Part shown: positions 49,901 through 61,105 of the stretch, in pieces
Numbering within the stretch: the stretch's first letter is position 1
Layout of the letters: each line of letters begins with the position of its first letter
Assembly: GCA_030390025.1 (NCBI GenBank)
Contig: CM059433.1
Span: forward strand, 16,804,001 to 16,868,000
Source: Squalus acanthias
Lineage: Eukaryota
Direction of reading: 5' to 3'
Length of the DNA: 64,000 nt
Program-made: the position numbers and the translations under genes
The notes under the pieces: generated by a model
Seen by the model: only the letters and a program-made list of their open reading frames with translations
Told to the model about the DNA's origin: nothing
The model's database searches: none

Positions 49901-52900
49901 CCCATTCTGGTATATGGATCAGCAATCGGCTGATTCAACGTGCTGAGTCAAAGCATTTCATTGGATTTCTTCAAATCATTTCACTGGATTTAAAAATGTT
50001 TTTCTGGCATAATTAGGATAAGATGCAGGCAGCTGTGGAACATAATAAAATCTTTGATAATGACATGATCACAGTGTACTTGTTGCAACTTTGTCATTCA
50101 TAAATTTATGTAGTGCCTGCAATGTATTCTCAACCTATATAAAAAGAAAAGAAAGACTTGGATTTATAAAGCGCCTTTCATAACCTCAGGATGTCCCAAA
50201 GCGCTTTACAGCCAATTAAGTATTTTTGAAGTGTAGTCACTATTGCAATGTAGGAAACATATTACATCTTTTTATATTATTTGCTAATGGAATTCTGGCA
50301 GAAACACCTGCATATGGATATTGTTAAGTTTTGTTTCAAGATATCAGTTATAACATCCTCGTCTGAAAGTTCAATTCACGCATCTTCACAACTGATGAGT
50401 TAACATTGCAGGACATGTTCCAAGTGTTAAGCTTGTCCATCAGGGATTTCCTCCGGGGGTTCTTCCGATCGGCCACCAGAACTTCAGCGGAAGATCTGCG
50501 GAAAAACCCATGACGTGTCGACTCGGGGTTTCAGTCAATCTTCTGCCGAAGTTACAGCGGCCAGTCGGGAGCAACCCCAAGGAAATTCCTGGCGCATGTT
50601 TTTAACTTTTAATCATACTATATAGCATTCAGTCAATCTTCGTCTGACAACACGTTGGCTTGGTGTACCTTATTTCAACCTGTGATCTAATGTACAGTAA
50701 CTCCAGTAAGAGATGTCCACTGTTTGTGCGCACCATGAGATTATCCTCAATACTGATTGAATAGCAACTTTTATATTTGGTTAAGTCTACTGCTACCTGA
50801 ACCTGTAGGTCATCTAATTTCCTTCCTTACCTATAGGTACTGATTGGCAATGCTTCTGTTACTTTATTGTAAAAATGCTTGGCAAGGTATAGCGTATACA
50901 CATGTACAAATACAAGTTTTCTTCCCTCTTAAATATCCCTTCCTTACTTCTCTTCTGCTAAAGTTTGGTTCCAGTCTCAGGCATTTCACCCAACTGTCTT
51001 TCTTGTGAGCCTGGGCAGAATATTATTGGGTTATTCAAATGTGGGCATGGGGCTATCAAAATCTAGTCTGACCCTGTGCTCAGTTTGCAACTACATACAG
51101 GCATTTTCAGCAGGGATTGCTGGATAATGATCAGGAGCAGGAACCATGGTCAACATCCCCCCATGTGGACACTAAAGCCAGTTGTAGCACTCACACTGCC
51201 AGCCTAGATGAGCTAGCTTAGCACAGACCGAAGATTGAATCTGGGACTTTCCTGGTCAGTGTGACTCAATCTCACACCATTGAACTGTAATACGAATTAG
51301 AGAGGATATTTGATGAAAAGGGCTTAATACACTGTTTGTGACCCAGAAAAGCATGCAACACACATTTTTTATCTTGCTTACATGAAATATGTAATTTATT
51401 CCTTGTACATAAAATAGCCAGTCAAGACTACTTTCCTGTGAGCCACCAGGCAATTAAAAATAGATCAAATAGCTGTGTTCACCCTCTCACCATCAGTGAA
51501 CATTAGTTGTTACCATGGCAACCCACGCATGATTGCCCTTAAGCATTCTAAAGCATCTGTAGTGCAAAAGCCAACCTCAGTGACACTACATAGTTGACCC
51601 ACAATAACAAGCAGTATGCAGACATACTGGGGGCGATTTTCCCAGCCCTGGGGAGGCGGGTATGGAGGCGGGACTGTCGGGAAAATGGCAGAATCTGGGA
51701 GCGGGTACCCATCCCGTCCCCAACCCGCCTCCGTGCCATCTTCCCAGGAGGCGGGCACCCGACCCGCGCTGGGTCCCATCTCCTCGAGGCGGGAAGGGGA
51801 TTAGTGCCAATGAACTGCCTGTTAATAGGTAGTTAACAGGCAGTTTTTTGGCTAATCCCTATTTTCAGCCCTAAAGTGTGGGCTTCCCGATGGCTCCGAA
51901 CCTCGCCAGGGTCAGCGAGGCGAGCCGGGAGTCTGTGGGATTTGCGGGGCCGAAATGTCCAGTGTGCAGGTGAGTGATGAGTGCAAGTGTGGAGAGGTAA
52001 GTGTGTGAGGTGAGTGTAAAGTGTTTTAATAAGATTACTTACCTTTGCTTCTTCCTCCAAGCTTCATCCCTTTAGGCTGAGGAGCTGCCTCATCACAGCA
52101 GAGATGACAGAATGGCTGCTGCATTCTCCGATGCAACAGCCATCTGATTTCTGCTCAGGAAAGAGGTTTGGTGAGTCTTGAGTACAAGGACTCACCAAAG
52201 AATAGAGATTGTCAGTGTTTGACAGCTTCTCAAAGCTGTCAAACGATCTCTGTCACCAGTTTTCCCTTAATTGGCCTGCTAAGCCCGCTGGGCGGGCTTA
52301 ACAAGGTCAATCAAGGGAAAATAGCGTGGGTTGGCCGGACGTCGATGGAGGCGGGACTAAAACCCGAGAAGCAGCAGTCCCGCCTCCATCACGTCCCCAT
52401 TGATAAAATCACCCCCACTCTTTCACTGCCTTCTCTTAGATAGCCAATTGCCAAATGATGATATTACTCATATTATGATGGCTGCTGTTAACCATCATAG
52501 AGTAGAAATTTCTGCTGGTGGGTGTGCTTCCACCACTGGGAACTGAGCAAATGGGCCCAGAGAATCCCAGTTTAGGAATCCCCCTGGCTCCCTTCCCTCT
52601 TCTCGCCTGCATGATTCCTCACCCAGGCCGTCTGCCAGCAATTCTCTCTCTTTCATAGGGTATGCAAGACCTTCTTGTGGCAGCCATGTTTTATTGGAAT
52701 TTGAGCACAATGAGGACTACCATGATTTCCCGATTTCCCAACCAGTTCCCATCCAACACGAAAATAGCTGTTTTAAAGGCCAGAAGTTAACACCTGTCAA
52801 GAAGGGACCTTTTAAAGGTACACTGTCCCCCACCCCGCTTTTCCATTACAATGCATTCGGTCACAGGATTTCATGTAAGAGGGTGAAAAAGGGCTAAGAA

Positions 52901-55900
52901 AACTCAAGATTTCACAAATTACAGGATGGTATCAATGTGGCCACCCAGCCAACAGGTTCCTGCTCCTCTTCTGGCACCACCATTTGCTCCTCCTCACCTG
53001 AGTAATGTGACTTACTGAGTGCTACCTCAAACTCACTATCTGAATCCTCTGGGGTGTGCGTAGCTGTGCGGATGCTTGCAAACATTGGCAAGAGGTGCTG
53101 TCTTACTCGGGGCCACTCAGTGCTGGCAGGCTGATCTTCCAGGCCTCAAAAATATTATAATGGTGGCTCCAGAGGTACACCTTGAAAAAGAGTTTGCAGT
53201 GCAAAATACTATGTATAATGGTTTTATAGTTGTGTGTCTGCCTGTGTGAGTTAGCAAGTGGGCATGACATGACAACAGCAGGATGGTACTAGCTCTGAAC
53301 TTGGAAAAGGCCTTTGACTTCATCCTCACCTACTCCCTTGATGTCCAGATTGGCCTCCTCCAAAGAGTCAATGGCTTGAAATTTAGAGTCATAGAGTTAT
53401 ACAGCACAGAAAGAGGCCCTTCGGCCCATCGTGTCCGTGCCAGCCATCAAGCCCTATCTATTCTAATCTTGTACCTGAAGAAGGAGCAGAGCTCCGAAAG
53501 CTCGTAATTTCAAATAAAACTGTTGGACTATAACCTGGTGTTGTGCGACTTCTCATTTTTATTCTAATCCCATTTTTGGATTATTCTCCAGTTTGTTCTG
53601 TTCACCTTGAATTATATGTCACCTTGCCTTGAAAGCTGAGAAGTAGTTTTCTGAGATGCAAGTTTAAGGAGCACACAGTGTCTAACCTGCAGCTCATCTT
53701 GTGCAGCAATAACTGGATGTTCAGCATGCAATTAGGTGGTGCTGGAAGTTTGCTGCCTGCTGCCTCTTTAAAATTTAAGTGCAACAACAGTGTCAGATAG
53801 AACTTGCAGCCTGCACATCTGCCATGCTCTGTATGGCCAAGCATGCTGAGTATTCAAAGGGCTGTATAGTTGCATGAAAGCTTTGGTGTGGCATGCATAT
53901 GTGGTACAGATATTTGATACAGGTAACTGCTGGCTAGCATTATATTGTCACCTTGACACCTCAGACCAGACATCTGGGTGTTTCAGAGAGCAATCACCCC
54001 ATCAAATATCTCCTTCCAGGCTTTCTGGATGACATTTCTTTGGGAAAGTTGCCTTTGAGTACCAACCAGGATATCTCTCCTTTGTCTTACTGCATGCAGC
54101 AGCATCATCAGTAAATAATGTGGCCATGTGGTGTCTGGAACCCTTCATTGTACAGCAATTGTGTGCAGCTTCTATCACCTTCCCTTCTGTTTGGTTTAAA
54201 TGGAAACCCTTTAATTAGCCCCACTAATGCACTAGCCGAGTTCAAAATAGGACACTTAAAATGGGTGTCGCAGTCCTTTAATTAGGTGCAGTAGTACTTT
54301 AAAATGACTGTTCAGTGAGCACGAGTGGCCACAGACAACCTGTTGTTCAGGGAGGGTGCTTGCCTGGAATAGGAAATGTATTCAAATTGCGAATTTCTGA
54401 TGGGAACAGCCATGCACTAGAGGTTTTCGATACCTCTCACATTGCATCATTCCCACCAGGAATTTCTTCCTTTGAGGTGATGTTACACACGACTTTACAT
54501 CATCCAACTAACAGTTGAAGCTTAACACAGCATGACATGTTATCACTGAATAGGCAATTCGATATCTGACATCTTTGGATAAACAGTGAATGAGGTTAAG
54601 ACTATGGGGGGAATTTTAACCTAACAAAATGGCTGGGTTTGGAGCGTGTGGGTAGTTAAAGTGTTAAAAATTGGAATCCTGACCTGAACCTGCCTCCAAC
54701 CCGCTCACATCCAGTTTTAACAGAGGCGGGACGGGGGTGGGCAGCCAACCTGTTGCCAGGAGGCAGGCCGTCGATTTAAATATTATAATGAAGCTGGAAG
54801 CCTCTTTAACCTCCATTTTGTGTTTAACTGTAGCTGGTTGGGTTTTGCACATTTCATAAAACCCGCCAGCTACAGCAAAGCGAGGACTGCTGGATCCAGG
54901 AGATAAGTGCCCGAGTTTCTGCTCAAACTCATTTCCATATTGCCAAACGCAAAATATGCCATGAACCAGCGCAATTGGGCAGCGCTTTAAAATGTAATTT
55001 AAAAAAAAAATTTGCTCTAAAAATATTTCTTGATATATTTAAGAGTGGTAAATTGGTAAAGTTTGATTAATACTGCTAAAAATGGGTTTATCACAAAAAT
55101 AAGCATTTTAAATCACAGTGTCAATCCACCACCTGTGAGTGATATATGATATATATGATATGATATTTTCAAAAATATACAAAACTATTTTCTAGTTAGA
55201 TTGGGGTACAGTAGTAAGTTCCTTAGCAAATTTTTAAAAATCATTCAAAACCTTTCAAAACGTTCCTATTCGTGTCCTTGCGCCCAGAAGTTCCAGCTTA
55301 ATTTTTGGAGCCTTCTTGAAGGCCTGCAAACGAGCGCAATTAGTGGAAGCACGCAATGGTGATTAATTTGATCTGGGGGCGTGGCCAGTTTTGTGGGCGG
55401 GCCCTGCTTCTAGTGCAATGTTTTAAAAAAAATTTAAATGAACGCAAAAGATCGCGGAAACTCGAGTTGCGCTGAACGCAATTTGCCCTTAAAATTCCGC
55501 GATCTTTTGCGCCAGTTACGCGGATATTTGAGAAACTGCAACGAAAAAACCAGCGCAATTGACCAGAAACTCCAGGCCGACATATTTTACTTCCTGTCCT
55601 ATTATTCCTCCTGGGCTTTATCTTTTGAGGTTGTAAGTTCAGTGCCTGTCATCAATCACTGATTTGTATACCCTCTATGTATTCAGCTCGTTGTATTCCA
55701 ATATTTTATGAATACATAGCTTAGAAACAATTCCTTTAGCCACTCAGTTGTACCAAACCGCTACGACAAAGTCAGCACTGTGGGAGTACCTTCAGCACCA
55801 GGATCGCAGCGGCTCACCACCACCTTCTCAAGGGCAACTAGGGATGGGCAATAAATACCGGCCTTGCCAGTGATGCCCACATCCTGTGAACGAATAAATT

Positions 55901-58571
55901 AAAAAAATAAAAGTACAACACGTGTGCAAAAGTTACAGTAACAAAGTTATGAGAATAATAGACAATTAGTTTCAATCATGCAAATGAAATTTATTTGATA
56001 AAGGCACAGAGAAATATTCAGAATCTTTCAGAGATTAAAAAAAAGAAACATTCTCGTACGCACAGGAACTGTCCCCGCTCCCTTTCAAAACCACCATCAT
56101 CACTCCCTTCTCAAAAAGCCCATCCTCAGCCCCTCTGGTAATGGGGATTGTGTAGTCTTGAAAGTTTGTGCCTATCATATTATTAACACACACTACTGTA
56201 AGCCTCAACTTTTAATCTGATAAAAACCTATTTGAATACACATTGGCCCAGATTTTGCGATCAGTGGCAAAGTGATGGTGCTCGCCATTGACCTGGAAGA
56301 AAGCTGCCCACAAAGATCTAGCGATCTCTGCGGCATCAATTTCACCTTTCCCAATGTGGGATCTCCAGCATCCAGCAACAGTGATGTCATCAAGCAGGCT
56401 AAGCAGCCAATCACATTGAAGAATTCTCAGAGACAGCAAACCAGGAAGTAAAATGCACTGATATCCTTCATTTTTTATAAATTTTATAGAGAGCGAAATA
56501 AAGATTGGGACATACACATGGGATCAAGGTAGAAGCTGAAATATCATTAAAAAATATATTTTTTATCTTAATGGAAAAATCTGACATTCCACAAATATAA
56601 AATTAGTTTTTCAGGGCCAGAGAGGTTGTACAGCAGTTGTTATGTCAAAAACAAAGTTACATCTCATTCAAAAGGCTTAACTTTTTCGGGGGATGGGGGG
56701 GCGGGTTAACAGCGATATTACAGCGTAAAAGGGGAAGTTCTCGTCAGTTCAGTGATTTCTAAAGATTGCCACCTGCAGGGACTTCAACTGCGTGCCCTGT
56801 GGAGCAGCAGGGAGTCACTGACAGCAACTTCTGGATTTTTGCGTTTAACTGCACGTGTGGACGCCAGATGTTGCTGTCAGATTCAGAGTAATGACGGCGA
56901 ACGCGGACAGTTTTGCCGTCATTACAACTGCAAATTCCGGGCCATTAGAAATCCAGATGCAGCACACTGACAGTTAATATGTTTTTGGCAAGTTTCCCAA
57001 TCATAAAATAACAAATTTATGATTTCCAAAAAGAAAATCGCTTGAAGAACCTCTGGATCACCTGCCAAGTCATCTTGAAATATTCATAATCACTCACTTA
57101 CAGCCTAACTGAGTTTCATAACAAGGACTCAGGTGCTAGCTAGGGCAAACACACAAGTTTATCCCTGGCTCTGATCTGTCCCCTGTTTTTGAAACTAGGA
57201 ACTACATGAGCTAGCTTCCAGTCTAAGGGAATTATCCCTGACTCTATTGAACTATTAATATGTGGGCAAGGAGCTCAGTGAGCATCTGTCCCATCTCTTT
57301 AATCACCCTTGTCTGGCTCTGGAGACCTGTCAATTTTGCGCTTTCCTAATCAATCCAAGATGACATTACTATCTACTCTAATATTAGTAATTCTATTCAA
57401 TACTGAGCACCCCTCATCTGGAACATAAGCATCATCTACAGGAGTATAGACTGATGCAAAATAGTCATTTAGCAGCTCTGCTATAAATTGAGAATCAGTT
57501 TGAATCTGCCCTACAGTATCCTTTAGTGGTCTGCTGACATCTGACATAGCTGAAAAATCTGTTGCTATTACTGCCACAATTATGCACCATCTTCTTTTCC
57601 AGAGATCTCTTGGCTAATCTTGTAGCTGTTTTTGTCTCCCTTAATTGCATGCAATACTTTTCCCTGTTCTCCTGTGAATTAAATGATGGAATAGGTGTAC
57701 TCTTTTGGTGCACATAAAAAACAAATAAACAGTAACTAAAAAAACCATTAAAGAACACTTAACAACTTAAATTAAAATTTGGTTGGCCGGGGTGATGATG
57801 CACTCCAGTCCCAGCGGTGCCCACATGGAATAGGTGTTACTGGGGCTTTAACAGTGTTTTGACTGGCAAACAAACATTCTGGCCCTGAAAAACTAATTTT
57901 TATATTTGTGGAGTGTAAAATTTCTTCATTATGATAAAAAATTAAAATTTTTAACAAACTTAAAAAAATTGTTTTGTTTTCAAAAAGTTTGTTCATGAGA
58001 TTTCAGCTTCTACCTTATCCCCATGTGAGAGTCCCAATCTTTATTTCGCTCCCTGTGACATTTTAAAAAAGTTTGGATAAAAGCAGCTTCTCATTTCCTG
58101 GTTTCAAGTCTGTGAGAATTCTTCAACGTGATTGGCTGCTTAGACAGCCTGTTAAGGTCACTGCAGCATCGCACTAGGGATTCCCATTACAGAGCGCTGA
58201 AATCAACTGAACGTCGAAAAAGGCAAACGTCTCGCCACAGCGACGGCGAGTGGGGCAGCTTTCTTCGGGGCCAGCGGTGAGCACCTTTGCTTCACTGCCG
58301 ACTGCAAATTACAGGCCATTGTTTAATAAAATGATTAAAACTACCAAGAGGTCCTGCATGTAGGGCTGTGTTTCTGTAATTATAACCGTTATCACAGCTG
58401 ACTTTTAGCAGCTTTAGACTATTGCATTTACTGACGTTGGTTAGGTTACATCACCCACTGAACCGTGTTGTTACAATACCAACACCATAGCCTATACTAT
58501 TCAACACTCATCATTTGGCATTTAGTGGAACATAATCAGAAAATGTTACTTTAACTACCACTTACACCCAT
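43969..58571 (-). CDS. Speculative small host gene; coding exons 58566-58571, 54434-54507, 50669-50752, 49219-49285, 43969-44136 (~132 aa, hydrophobic C-terminus)
   Basis: acgATGG Kozak with upstream in-frame stop, then GTAAGT donor. Phase-compatible open exons in non-repetitive islands. Several splice sites are weak and no family is recognised. Confidence 0.25.
44430..46512 (+). mobile_element. Degraded CR1 ORF2 5' part (APE endonuclease to RT start), split by a MITE at 45583-46295
   Basis: NARSMRNKLSEL, ITETWL, FRKDRETGRGGGVALLIK, VVYRPP, MADLLNNYF|VSVFT, PGPDGFYPKILKE. Confidence 0.85.
46512..48807. mobile_element. Harbinger element D (nuclease 3' end on +, Myb gene on -, right TIR)
   Basis: MLHNLAI plus poly-E tract. 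ORF 47300-47992 is the Myb-gene exon 3. End CCAATTTCTCCCC complements the left end of element B. Confidence 0.85.
49755..49960 (-). mobile_element. Old tRNA-head SINE (second copy ~51100-51275)
   Basis: Both copies share ATCAGGAGCAGG..TGTA..AGCT..AGCAC..ATTGA..CTGG, with a B-box-like motif on -. Confidence 0.5.
50441..50592. mobile_element. Palindromic ~150-bp MITE
   Basis: CAGGGATTTCCT/AGGAAATTCCTG, GGGGTTCTTCCGA/TCGGGAGCAACCCC and AACTTCAGCGGAAGAT/ATCTTCTGCCGAAGTT arms. Confidence 0.75.
51509..51522. promoter_or_regulatory. Consensus RFX X-box
   Basis: GTTACCATGGCAAC in non-repetitive sequence. Confidence 0.55.
51629..52417. mobile_element. Harbinger-type non-autonomous element (related end at ~63540-63780)
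   Basis: GGGGCGATTTT / AAAATCACCCC ends. GGCGGGCTTAACAAGG.CAATCAAGGGAAAAT is shared with ~63650. Confidence 0.6.
53469..53559 (+). mobile_element. 91-bp Penelope-type mini-insertion: hammerhead (53472-53506) plus tail
   Basis: 10-bp TSD TATTCTAATC (53459-53468, 53560-53569) inside a CR1 tail. Near-identical to 3017-3105. Confidence 0.85.
56224..56944 (+). mobile_element. Non-autonomous DNA transposon; inverted partial copy at ~57840-58318
   Basis: TIR-like TGGCCCAGATTTTGC / GCAAATTCCGGGCCA. 56225-56630 matches the reverse complement of 57870-58318. Confidence 0.65.
57350..57690 (-). mobile_element. Old CR1-like ORF2 fragment
   Basis: NSNRFFSYVR and IAELLNDYFASVYT motifs. Confidence 0.65.
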
Positions 58572-58769
58572 CGTATGTTGATTTACATTCTCTTGGCAGA
58601 ATTATAAAAACCTCTCTAACTCCTCCTGCAATACCTGCCCAATTACTTCAACAGTTCACAGGTCCTATCCACAAATATCTGTCACAGCAACAGAATAAAA
58701 TATTTCGCAGGATTCTTTTACAAATTCAACTATCACAAACTCAAAAAGAAATGAACAAAAAACATTACT

Positions 58770-58875
58770 CATGAAGCCGAAGGCGACAGTTTCTGCACAA
58801 AATGGAGCGGGGGAAAAAAACGCAATCACCATCACCCTCATCCCCTGAATGAGCGACGTTCAAATAGACCAATAA
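58770..58875 (-). promoter_or_regulatory. Left arm of putative bidirectional promoter (CCAAT + CHR-like) with candidate non-coding exon 1
   Basis: Minus strand ATTGGtctaTTTGAA (58859-58873), several CpGs, possible donor GTAATG at ~58768. Confidence 0.4.
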
Positions 58876-58882
58876 AAACTCA

Positions 58883-59348
58883 ACTTTACAGCCTTCTGGA
58901 CTCAACATCCAGTTCAACAATTTCAGACCATAACCTCCGCCCCTAGTTTTTTCCACACGGCAGCTGTCGATGATTCTGCCATTGCCATTTACACATCATC
59001 TAAACCCATCTTTTGTTTCTTAACTTGTCCCATTAACATGTCCTTTTTGCCTCGCACCATCATCCCTTTTGTCTCTTAATCTCTCCTGCCTTCCGGCCTA
59101 TCACAGACCTTCCCTTTTGTTCTTTCCTCCCTCTCCCTTGCCCCTACACTTGCTTAAAAAACCTGTTCCATCTCCAACTTTTTTCCCCAGTTCTGACAGA
59201 AGGGTCATCGACCTGAAACGTGAACTCTGTTTCTTTCTCTCTCTCCCTCTCTCTCTCCACGGATGCTGCCTGACCTGCTGAGTTTTTCCAGCATTTTCCT
59301 GTTTTTATTTTCAGATTTCCAGCCTCGGCGCAGTATTTTGCTTTTTGT
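58883..59348 (+). mobile_element. Penelope-like 3' fragment (GIY-YIG C-terminus plus degenerate hammerhead)
   Basis: TLQPSGLNIQFNNFRP*. TSD AAAACTCA (58875-58882, 59349-59356). Hammerhead has a core insertion and a GUG triplet. Confidence 0.8.
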
Positions 59349-59444
59349 AAAACTCACTATCACTGTAGTCGTCTGACATGGTACGCGTGTGCACAGGCAT
59401 TGTTCTCTGTCTATATATGCTTTGCCGGTTTGTATTCCTTCACC

Positions 59445-59482
59445 TCACCTGACGAAGGAGCAGCAGCTCCGAAAGCTTGTGA
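59445..59482 (+). ncRNA. Minimal hammerhead ribozyme motif in Penelope family-2 tail (59395-59530)
   Basis: TCAC-CTGACGA-AGGAGC agca GCTCC-GAAA-GCTT-GTGA. Confidence 0.75.
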
Positions 59483-59534
59483 TTGCAAATAAAACTGTTG
59501 GACTACAACCTGGTGTTGTGCGACTTCCTCTTTT

Positions 59535-59950
59535 AATGTAAAACCAATCAATTATCTGTAACTAAATAAAACTTTGAAGGAAACTTAACAAATCAAATTA
59601 AAATTTGGTAGTCCGGGGTGACGATGCACTCCAGCCCCCGCGGCGCCCACCGGTCGCGGAAAAACTCAAGCGTGCCGGCGGACACCGCGTGCTCCATCTC
59701 CAGGGCCACCCGGGCGCGAACATGGCCGCGGAAGAGAGGCAGGCAATCGGGCCGAGCGACCCCCTCGACCGCCCGCTGCCTGGACCAATGAATGGCTTTC
59801 TTAGCCAGGCCCAGGAGCAGTCCCACCAGGAGGTCCTCCGACCTGCCCGCTCCCCTCCGCACCGGGGGTGACGGTAGTACAGGAGCGTGGGGCTGAAGTG
59901 CAACCAGAAATTGAGGATCAGCGCCTTCAGGTTGTTGTGCGACTTCACAC
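59535..59950 (-). mobile_element. Tx1-like LINE 3' end
   Basis: LLLGLAKKAIHWSRQ..LFRGHVRARVALEMEHA..FRDRWAPRGLEC* with a T-rich UTR. A short related tail lies at ~57760-57830. Confidence 0.75.
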
Positions 59951-60010
59951 TATCAGGTTGGCAAGGCGAGGGAGGGGGGGGGGGGGGCGGGGCGGAGAGA
60001 ACTAACCTTT

Positions 60011-60669
60011 ACGATAGCAAAATACTGCGGATGCTGGAAATCCGAAATAACAACAAAAAACGCTGGAAAAACTCAGCAGGCCAGGCAGCATCCGTGGAGA
60101 GAGAAAGAGAGTTAACGTTTCAGGTCGATGACCTTTCATCAGAACTGGGAAGAGCCGGAAATCAAATAGATTTAAGGCCAGGGTAAAGCTGGGAAAAGGG
60201 GGAGGGGATAAAGGAACAAAGGGGGAGATGAAGAGACATTAAGAGACATTAAGAGATATGCAAGGCTAGAGGTGGTGTTAATGTGACAGATTAAGGCTGA
60301 ATGAAGTGTGAAATCCACTGGCAGAATGAAGGACAGCTGCCAGCTTCTAGGAGGAAAAAAAAAGGTGGGGGGGGGACAAATAAAAGGGTGGATAAAATAA
60401 AATATAAATGTGATTGGAGCTGAGGTTATGATCTAAAATTGTTGAACTCGATATTGAGTCCAGAGGGCTGTAGCGTGCCTAAACGAAAGATGAGGTGCTG
60501 TTCCTCGAGCTTACGCTGCGCTTCCGTGGAACAGTGTAATAGGCCGAGGTCAGAGTGGGAGTGAAGCGGTGAATTAAAGTGACAGGCCACCGGGAGCTCG
60601 GGGGTCCCCCTTACGGACTGAACGGAGGTGTTCCGCAAAGCGGTCACCCAATCTGCGTTTGGTCTCCCC
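60011..60669 (-). mobile_element. Penelope-like 3' fragment (GIY-YIG endonuclease C-terminus plus hammerhead at 60110-60146)
   Basis: ORF 60426-60671 LPVACHFN..RKLEEQHLIFRLGTLQPSGLNIEF. TSD AACCTTT (60004-60010, 60670-60676). Intact CTGATGA..GAAACGTT core. Confidence 0.85.
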
Positions 60670-60676
60670 AACCTTT

Positions 60677-60890
60677 GATTGACTAGAACAATTCAAATGG
60701 GCGGGATTTCCGGCTCGGCGGGGCGGCCGTTGCGCTGCCGTCAATAAAAGGCGGTGGGAAGGGGGCGGGGCCTGTGGAGATTGTCAACAGCGCGAGCGCA
60801 TTGGGATGGTGACGGAATAAACGGACAGCAACGGCCGTCGCGCCCGCGCTCCATGGTGACAGTTGTTTTGCTTCGAAAGGTGGCCGCCGC

Positions 60891-60922
<32 letters not shown>

Positions 60923-61105
60923 TGAATGTGAGTGAGAGTGAGAGTGAGAGATGCCGTTCTTGGGGCAGGACTGGCGATCCCCGGGAGGGTGCTGGGTGAA
61001 ATCCGAGGACGGGTGGAAGCGGTTCGAGTTTTACCGAGAGGACGATCAGGAGGAGGAGGAGGAGGTGGAGAGCCACCGGGAAAAGCAGCTGTGCGGACAG
61101 TGAGT
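60677..61105 (+). promoter_or_regulatory. CpG-island promoter and probable first (5' UTR) exon of an unidentified + strand host gene
   Basis: High CpG density, GC boxes (~60720, ~60762), TTCAAA next to GGGCGGGATTT (CHR/E2F-like), RFX-like CCATGGTGAC (60851), (GA)n and (GGA)n tracts, donor GTGAGT at 61100. Confidence 0.7.

Noticed and set aside
51382..51435. 54-bp exon as part of the candidate minus-strand gene
   Set aside because: Open only in phase 0, while the neighbouring candidate exons require phase 2.
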